Below, piece by piece: positions 25,950 through 32,000 of a stretch of 32,000 nucleotides of DNA. Made by a program: the position numbers and the translations under genes. The notes under the pieces are model-generated. The model was not told where the DNA came from and ran no database searches. It saw only the letters and a program-made list of their open reading frames with translations. How positions within the stretch are numbered: the first letter of the stretch is position 1; each line of letters starts with the position of its first letter. Source of the DNA: Halalkalibacterium halodurans (GTDB lineage Bacteria; Bacillota; Bacilli; Bacillales; Bacillaceae_D); the NCBI RefSeq assembly GCF_004376175.1, contig NZ_SNUY01000033.1, positions 1 to 32,000 on the forward strand. The letters run 5' to 3'.

Positions 25950-26726
25950 ATGATAGAGTTTAAAAATGTGTCTCTCGTCTATCCAAACGGAACACAAGGG
26001 TTAAAAGGTGTAAACTTAAAAATTAACGAAGGAGAGTTTGTCGTCATTGTTGGCCTTTCTGGTGCCGGGAAATCCACGCTCATACGCAGCATGAATCGAC
26101 TTGTCACCCCAACCGAAGGCGAACTTCTTATTGATGGTGAAAACATTCTTCCCTATTCTTCAAGACAGTTACGTAAGCTTCGCACAAAGGTCGGCATGAT
26201 CTTTCAAAACTACAACCTTGTCAAACGTTCATCTGTGATGAAAAATGTCATTTCTGGCCGCCTCGGTCATGTTGGAACGTTCGCAAGCCTTTTAAACCTT
26301 TATCCGAAGGAAGATGTGGCACTTGCGTATCGCAGCTTGCAACGGGTTAACATTGCCGAAAAAGTGTATCAACGGGCCGATCAACTGAGTGGTGGTCAAC
26401 AGCAGCGTGTCGCAATTGCTCGCGTGTTGACCCAGCAACCAAAAATAATTTTAGCCGACGAGCCTGTGGCAAGTCTTGATCCGCCGACTTCTCATCAAGT
26501 GATGACCTATTTACGCAAGATCAACAAGGAAGATAAAATTACAACGATTGTCAATTTGCATTTCATCGACATGGCGATGGAATATGCGGATCGAATTATT
26601 GGTATGCGTGCAGGTGAGGTCGTATTTGATGGACCTGCTAGTGAAGTGAGCGAGGAAACGTTCGAGGAAATTTACGGTAGAAAAATTCGTGAAGATGACC
26701 TAGTAGGAGGTCAGGACAATGAGTAA
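25950..26726 (+). CDS. phnC: phosphonate ABC transporter ATP-binding protein
   Basis: Walker A GLSGAGKST, signature LSGGQQQR, Walker B ILADEP. Confidence 0.94.
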   Translation: MIEFKNVSLVYPNGTQGLKGVNLKINEGEFVVIVGLSGAGKSTLIRSMNRLVTPTEGELLIDGENILPYSSRQLRKLRTKVGMIFQNYNLVKRSSVMKNVISGRLGHVGTFASLLNLYPKEDVALAYRSLQRVNIAEKVYQRADQLSGGQQQRVAIARVLTQQPKIILADEPVASLDPPTSHQVMTYLRKINKEDKITTIVNLHFIDMAMEYADRIIGMRAGEVVFDGPASEVSEETFEEIYGRKIREDDLVGGQDNE

Positions 26727-27510
26727 GCAAGAGGTTAAAGGAGTCATCTCGTCCAAGGCGAAGCTCCGGATGACCGTGCTCCTCGTTGCCATCGTCGGCA
26801 TGTACGTGTTTACATCGGCACGAACAGGGTCTTCGATCCCTGATTTAATTTCAGGCTCTCCGCGTATTTTCTCTATGTTCGCAGAGTTGTTCCCACCGAA
26901 CTGGGGATATGCCTCTCAAGTGTGGGGGTACTTGGCAGAGACTGTGCAAATGGCAATCATCGCGACAACCGTGGCAGCCATCATTTCCATTCCGATTAGC
27001 TTGCTATCAGCGGCAAACTTGTTTCCAAATCGGACCATTCATATGCCCGTTCGCTTTATTATGAATGTCTTACGGACGATTCCTGACATCTTATTAGCGG
27101 TCATTTTCGTTGGCATTTTTGGAATCGGTGTCTTTTCTGGAATTATGGCCCTTATTATTTTCTCGCTTGGCTTATTAGCGAAGCTCTTGTATGAGACGAT
27201 TGAAGCGATCGATCTCAATCCGCTTGAGGCGATTCGTGCATCAGGAGGCAACACCATTCAAGTCATTTGGTATGCTGTCATGCCACAAGTCCTCCCTCAG
27301 TTTGTTTCGTTTAGCTTATATGTATTTGAAGTCAACGTGCGGGCGTCGGTTGTGCTTGGATTCGTTGGTGCTGGTGGAATCGGTTTGATTCTTCAACAGC
27401 AGCTCGGTTTTTTCAATTATCCAAACGTTTCCACGATCATTCTCATTATTTTCGCCGCCGTCGTTGTCATTGATTACATTAGTAATAAGATTAGGGAGGG
27501 ACTTGTCTAA
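26719..27510 (+). CDS. phnE: phosphonate ABC transporter permease
   Basis: Six-TM permease with the EAA-type loop EAIRASGGN. The start overlaps the phnC stop. Confidence 0.9.
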   Translation: MSKQEVKGVISSKAKLRMTVLLVAIVGMYVFTSARTGSSIPDLISGSPRIFSMFAELFPPNWGYASQVWGYLAETVQMAIIATTVAAIISIPISLLSAANLFPNRTIHMPVRFIMNVLRTIPDILLAVIFVGIFGIGVFSGIMALIIFSLGLLAKLLYETIEAIDLNPLEAIRASGGNTIQVIWYAVMPQVLPQFVSFSLYVFEVNVRASVVLGFVGAGGIGLILQQQLGFFNYPNVSTIILIIFAAVVVIDYISNKIREGLV

Positions 27511-28310
27511 TGAACCTTACGTTACCTCCAAAAAAACCGCGTTCTGCTGCGAAAACGATTCGTAACATTGCCGTTGCGATCGCGGTCATTGCGATTTATA
27601 CTTGGACGTTTACCTCTATTAATATTGATTGGGGACGCATCTTTAGTGAACGAACAATCGAAAACATGGGGCGAGTGATTCCGCAACTATTTTCTCCTGA
27701 CTGGCTCACCTATTCCAAGGTATTAAACGCGATGATGGAAACGTTGGCAATGGCTTATACCGGAACGTTGATGGCTGCCATTCTAGCAATTCCATTTGGC
27801 TTTTTTGCAGCCAGTAATATGGTAAAAAATAAGTTTTTCAACACGTTATCGAAGTGGGCTTTAGATGCAATCCGTGCATTTCCAGAATTAATGCTCGCGA
27901 TCATTTTTATCGCAGCCGTCGGTCCATCGCCGTTTGCTGGGGTCTTAGCCATCGCGATTGGCTCGATCGGGATGCTCGGGAAGCTTTACTGCGAAGTGAT
28001 TGAATCGATTGATATGAACGTCGTCGAAGCTCTTGAGGCCAACGGTGCAAATAAGCTACAAGTTCTCGTGTATGGGATCGTTCCACAAATCCTTCCAGAA
28101 TTTCTATCCTACGCGATTTATCGATTTGAAATCGATGTTCGTGCCTCCACGATCTTAGGGATCGTCGGTGCCGGGGGGATCGGGATGCTCGTTTCGATTG
28201 CGACGCAAAACCGAAACTGGGATGAAGTCGGAATGATTCTTCTCGTCATCATCATTGTCGTCACATTGATTGATTACATTAGTGCGGCGATCCGTAAGCG
28301 AATTGTTTAA
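27510..28310 (+). CDS. phnE: phosphonate ABC transporter permease (second copy)
   Basis: Paralogue of the preceding gene, with loop EALEANGAN. TAATG stop-start overlap. Confidence 0.9.
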   Translation: MNLTLPPKKPRSAAKTIRNIAVAIAVIAIYTWTFTSINIDWGRIFSERTIENMGRVIPQLFSPDWLTYSKVLNAMMETLAMAYTGTLMAAILAIPFGFFAASNMVKNKFFNTLSKWALDAIRAFPELMLAIIFIAAVGPSPFAGVLAIAIGSIGMLGKLYCEVIESIDMNVVEALEANGANKLQVLVYGIVPQILPEFLSYAIYRFEIDVRASTILGIVGAGGIGMLVSIATQNRNWDEVGMILLVIIIVVTLIDYISAAIRKRIV

Positions 28311-28388
28311 CTTAACATCCGTGCATCACGAAGCTAGGCATCGGAATCTTCCTTTGCCTGGCTTCTTCTTTCGAAAGGAGGACTTTTC

Positions 28389-28745
28389 ATGCTTTATATC
28401 GTAAAAAAGAGACATCGCACGAATTACCCAAACCCGATTACGCTTGTGAAGGGACAATCTGTCCATATAGGCGAACAATATAGCGGCTCTGAGCCTTGGG
28501 AACACTGGTATTTCTGTCAAACAGCGGATGGTAGTTTAAAAGGCTGGGTTCCGAAGCAACTGCTTGCGATCGAAGGCTCAAAAGGAGTAGCATTGGACGA
28601 CTATACAGCGACAGAACTAAACGTGGACGTAGGAGAAATCGTAGTGAAGCTAAAAGAGCTAAACGGCTGGATTTGGTGTCGTCAGCAAACGAGCGGTGAA
28701 GTCGGCTGGATTCCGAAAGAAAACGTGGAGAAACGAGTTAAATAA
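28389..28745 (+). CDS. cytoplasmic SH3-like domain protein
   Basis: 118 aa with no signal peptide. Two SH3-like halves each end in a GW(V/I)PK motif (LKGWVPKQLL, EVGWIPKENV). AAAGGAGG Shine-Dalgarno 7 nt before the ATG. Confidence 0.65.
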   Translation: MLYIVKKRHRTNYPNPITLVKGQSVHIGEQYSGSEPWEHWYFCQTADGSLKGWVPKQLLAIEGSKGVALDDYTATELNVDVGEIVVKLKELNGWIWCRQQTSGEVGWIPKENVEKRVK

Positions 28746-28940
28746 TGAGAGTTTTTTCTTTTCTGTCCTCACTATATGCATTTAGAACCTTTTAAGGATA
28801 AGACTCTACTGAAGCTAAACCTGAAATCTACAAATGGTTGTTTCTATACTAAAGGAAACTACTACTAAACTCGAGCTGTTTCACGACCTCACTTCATTTT
28901 TTACTAGACCATTAGTACCCTTTCCAACTCTATTTATTAT

Positions 28941-28967
28941 GGCAGCACCTTGGCTACGGATGCTGCC
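28941..28967. terminator. GC-rich hairpin between the SH3 gene and the convergent helicase gene
   Basis: GGCAGCA / TGCTGCC 7-bp stem with a 13-nt loop. The T-tract (TTTGACAGTTT) is on the plus strand only. Confidence 0.4.
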
Positions 28968-28990
28968 TTTGACAGTTTCACTGAGGCGGG

Positions 28991-31900
28991 TTATTTTTTC
29001 ACGCCAAGTTGTTCGTAGTCGAAGCGATTCGCCTTCCTCTTTCGTAAATCGACGAGCTGCTGAACATGCTTTCGCACTCTTGCGATGACACCGGAGCGGT
29101 CCGTTAAAGAATGAAGAGGCTGCTGTTGGTCCCGTACAACAAAGAGCGAAGCCGACTTGACGGGAACATGACATAGCTGCTCGTAGGCCTCTGCATACAA
29201 AGCAAGCTGTGGTTCATAAAATCGAAGTAATTCTGCCCCGGAGCGACGAATTTGATTCGTTTTAAAATCAATGATATGGTACTCGTTTTCGTTCTTCACG
29301 ATTTTATCTATTTCCCCTACAATTTCAGCTCCTTCAAAGGAAAAAGAGAACGCCCATTCATTCGCGACAGGTTCACCCAACCATTGTAGGGAATGTTGGT
29401 TCACTCCACGAAACAACCTTTGAATATGTTCCTCGTAATGCTTTCGTTCATCTTGGGTCCAATCATGCGCTGCAAGGGTCATCTCTATACTGCCAGCAAG
29501 GGTTACTCCTTGATCTACGAGTTCAAACACTTTATGAGCCAAGCTTCCTACCTTAGAAGGATCAATATTTGAATCTTCTTGTTTCGTTTTTGCTTCGTGT
29601 TGAACGCTCGTCTCTATTCCGAGAATGTAGCGCTCGTAATAGGCGACCGGGTCTTGGATAAATGTCATCATTTCAGTTACAGACAATGGTACAAGTTCCG
29701 GCTGACGGGGAACGATTGGCGGAACCTTGTATGTCTGAATGTCTTTTTCCCAACGATCATGGGATGCAACGTCTTCTTCGATCTTTAAGTGAGACCTAAG
29801 TTCAGGCATTTCCTCTAACGCTTCTTCTACTTCGTATAGCCATGACGAGGTGGAAGGTTGTTCCTTACCTGTCATCCATAAGTAGTCACGTGCACGAGTA
29901 GCGGCCACATAGAATAGCCGTTTATTCTCTGCCATTGTAGCAAGATCGGCTTGCTCTTTAACAAGCGCAAAGGCAGGCGTCTCTAGTTTCACCACTCCAT
30001 CATCCTCTTCCCATTCATGACGAAGGACAATGCCCATTTCTCGGTCGTAGCGAACCTGTCCTTTGTCCCGTTGCGGAACACGGTCAAGCTGTGGCAAACA
30101 GACGATCGGGAATTCAAGACCTTTCGAAGCGTGAACGGTCATAATATGGACGACGTTTCCTGCCACTTGCTCAACTTCGGCTTCTCCTTCCTTTTCCACC
30201 TCTGCTTGAATCAAGTCAAAACGTTGGAGCAGTTCTTCCAACACGTTCGTCTTCCAACCGCTCATCACATCGATGAGCTTTTCTACATTCCTCACTTTTT
30301 GCATTCCGTTTTCCTGAACAAAAAGAGACATCTTTAATCCTGTTTGGTCGAACAACTCATACAGGTGATCGATTAATGAAGGGACTGGACGGAACGGAAC
30401 CCACCGATCAAGCCATGTACGCAACCTTACGAAAGCGTCCGTAACGACGGGGCGTTCAGCAAAAAGACTGGCCATCTCCTTATCAACGACAATATCAAAC
30501 CATGTTAGTTCATCGGAAAAACGTTCCTTGACAAACATTAGATCATCGAGCGTTAGTCCGAACATTGGACTTCTAAGCAATGCAAAGAGATAGAGCTCTT
30601 CAAACGGGCGGTCAAGCCACCGTAGCAGTGTCACGAAGTCTAGAATTTCCTGTCGTTCGTAAAAGCCAACACCGCCATAGACGTGGTACGGAATACCTTT
30701 ATCGCTTAGCGCCCGTTCTAAGGCTAACAATTCCGTCCGCACAGGAATCAAGATCGCCATATCTCCCCAATTCGGTGAACGCCACGATTCACCGTTCCAT
30801 ACCGTCGGCTCCCCTGTTCGCACCATCTCTAGCAAGCGATCGGCAATATGGTGATAGGGTACCTGATCATTATCCTTTTCTTTCTCCGTTGTTTTTGTTA
30901 TGTGCAAGCTCACCCGGATGTCATCCTCTTTTTCTGGTTCTCTCGCAGGAATGAGAGAGGCGTAAGGGACTGAATGAACGCTTACGTCTTTCATTGCATG
31001 AGCAAACAGTCCGTTTACTACATGAATGACAGGGGCGGTTGTTCGGTAGTTCGTATTCATCTCAATAAATTGCGCCTCTTTCTCATCCCGTGCCTGTTCA
31101 CTCATTTCATTCATCAGCGTTACATCGGCTCCGCGAAAACGGTAGATCGATTGTTTTCCATCACCGACAAGAAACTGATAGGAAGGGTTGATCTTTGTGA
31201 GCACATCCATTTGCATTTGATTCGTATCTTGGAATTCATCGACCATCATATGTTTGAACTGGTCATGGCAGCTTTTCTGCACGTCCTCCTGATCCAACAA
31301 ACAAACAGCATTCCTCTGCAAATCAGAAAAGTCGAAAGCACTTAAAAGTTGTTTCCGTTCTTTGTAGCGAGCCGCAAAATATTGCAACAAGTCGATAAAG
31401 GCTGTAAGAACCTCCTTTGTTATTGGTTGTACCTCTACCGAAAAAGAGGTCCATTGTTTTTTTAACCCTTTCCACTCATCATAGAGTTGTTGAAAGGCTG
31501 GTGCTTTCTCCCCCCAGCTTTTATGCCCTCGTGCTGGCATGGCTGCTGTCAGCGTTTGTACATATAAATCTGGCGCTTCAGGATTAAGCTGATGAAAACA
31601 GCTGAGTAGATTGTGAATGTGATCTTTGAGCGCTTTCGTCAAGCTTGGATCATTTCCATCGATCCGATCCACTAAACGAGACGCTTTTTCATGAAACACC
31701 GCGATCTGCTGTTCTTTTTCGAGAAGGAGTGCATGGGTTTGCACATTGAGCATCGCATCACCATCCAAGCGTTTAAATACGTCGTCATCGGCATGAATGT
31801 CTCGAATGTGTTCGTATACTTGGAGTAGAGAAGACTCAAGGGAACGCTTCGTATAGCATTCAAGGAGCTTTGCGAACAAGGGACGTAAAAGTGCGTCTTG

Positions 31901-32000
31901 GAATAGATCGTCAAGTATCTCTCGTTTCATGATCGCTGCTTCCACTTCATCTAATACGATAAATGTTGGCGGAATGCCCGCTTCTTGCGCATACTCTAAT
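28991..32000 (-). CDS. AddA/RecB-like UvrD-family helicase with a C-terminal PD-(D/E)xK nuclease domain (5-prime end lies beyond the window)
   Basis: SF1 helicase motifs MVDEFQDTN (II), GDGKQSIYRFRGA (III), TVHASKGLEFPIV (V) and RLFYVAATRARDYL (VI). Nuclease motifs GEIDKIV, IIDFKT and QLALYAEA. The frame stays open upstream of the listed Met at 31945 through to position 32000. Confidence 0.9.
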   Translation of the reverse strand, partial: LEYAQEAGIPPTFIVLDEVEAAIMKREILDDLFQDALLRPLFAKLLECYTKRSLESSLLQVYEHIRDIHADDDVFKRLDGDAMLNVQTHALLLEKEQQIAVFHEKASRLVDRIDGNDPSLTKALKDHIHNLLSCFHQLNPEAPDLYVQTLTAAMPARGHKSWGEKAPAFQQLYDEWKGLKKQWTSFSVEVQPITKEVLTAFIDLLQYFAARYKERKQLLSAFDFSDLQRNAVCLLDQEDVQKSCHDQFKHMMVDEFQDTNQMQMDVLTKINPSYQFLVGDGKQSIYRFRGADVTLMNEMSEQARDEKEAQFIEMNTNYRTTAPVIHVVNGLFAHAMKDVSVHSVPYASLIPAREPEKEDDIRVSLHITKTTEKEKDNDQVPYHHIADRLLEMVRTGEPTVWNGESWRSPNWGDMAILIPVRTELLALERALSDKGIPYHVYGGVGFYERQEILDFVTLLRWLDRPFEELYLFALLRSPMFGLTLDDLMFVKERFSDELTWFDIVVDKEMASLFAERPVVTDAFVRLRTWLDRWVPFRPVPSLIDHLYELFDQTGLKMSLFVQENGMQKVRNVEKLIDVMSGWKTNVLEELLQRFDLIQAEVEKEGEAEVEQVAGNVVHIMTVHASKGLEFPIVCLPQLDRVPQRDKGQVRYDREMGIVLRHEWEEDDGVVKLETPAFALVKEQADLATMAENKRLFYVAATRARDYLWMTGKEQPSTSSWLYEVEEALEEMPELRSHLKIEEDVASHDRWEKDIQTYKVPPIVPRQPELVPLSVTEMMTFIQDPVAYYERYILGIETSVQHEAKTKQEDSNIDPSKVGSLAHKVFELVDQGVTLAGSIEMTLAAHDWTQDERKHYEEHIQRLFRGVNQHSLQWLGEPVANEWAFSFSFEGAEIVGEIDKIVKNENEYHIIDFKTNQIRRSGAELLRFYEPQLALYAEAYEQLCHVPVKSASLFVVRDQQQPLHSLTDRSGVIARVRKHVQQLVDLRKRKANRFDYEQLGVKK

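Noticed and set aside
28834-29174. ORFs 28834-29088 (+) and 28881-29174 (-) at the 3-prime end of the helicase gene.
   Set aside because: They overlap the well-supported helicase-nuclease reading frame or the terminator hairpin, have no Shine-Dalgarno sites, and have Arg/Ser-rich shadow-frame composition.

Overview
This window looks like a chromosomal, housekeeping-type segment of a Bacillus-like Firmicute. It has strong Shine-Dalgarno sites, frequent GTG/TTG starts and hairpin plus T-tract terminators. I see no rRNA, tRNA, CRISPR array, transposase or prophage gene.

Gene content, left to right:
- A sigma-54 two-component unit on the minus strand: a solute-binding-domain/PAS histidine kinase and an NtrC-type activator. 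A terminator, a cre-like site and a textbook -24/-12 promoter follow, and the promoter fires out of the left edge.
- A small membrane protein.
- A B12-binding radical SAM gene translationally coupled to an NfrA-type FMN reductase.
- A TetR-headed operon, tetR-pccB-mutA-mutB-meaB (B12-dependent methylmalonyl-CoA mutase pathway).
- Several small genes, including an IDEAL-domain protein.
- A small YolD-like ORF coupled to an FhuF/FchR-type 2Fe-2S protein, divergent from a 119-aa gene.
- khtT-khtU K+/H+ antiporter genes.
- A same-strand block of HAD hydrolase, PAS-GGDEF-EAL protein and cheA-cheW-cheY.
- A phnD-phnC-phnE-phnE ABC transporter with a trailing SH3 gene.
- The 3-prime ~1000 codons of an AddA/RecB-like helicase-nuclease that runs off the right edge.

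The most interesting sequence-level signals:
1. A near-consensus LexA (Cheo) box sits inside two overlapping divergent promoters at 16633-16681. This would put a YolD-like/FhuF-like operon and a small unknown gene under SOS control.
2. A complete sigma-54 regulatory cassette lies at 149-266.
3. The radical SAM and flavin reductase genes are coupled (ATGAATGA). The reductase ORF has lost its expected stop and reads 139 nt into the convergent meaB gene.

All functional calls rest on motifs read from the translations and on remembered family features. No database search was possible.
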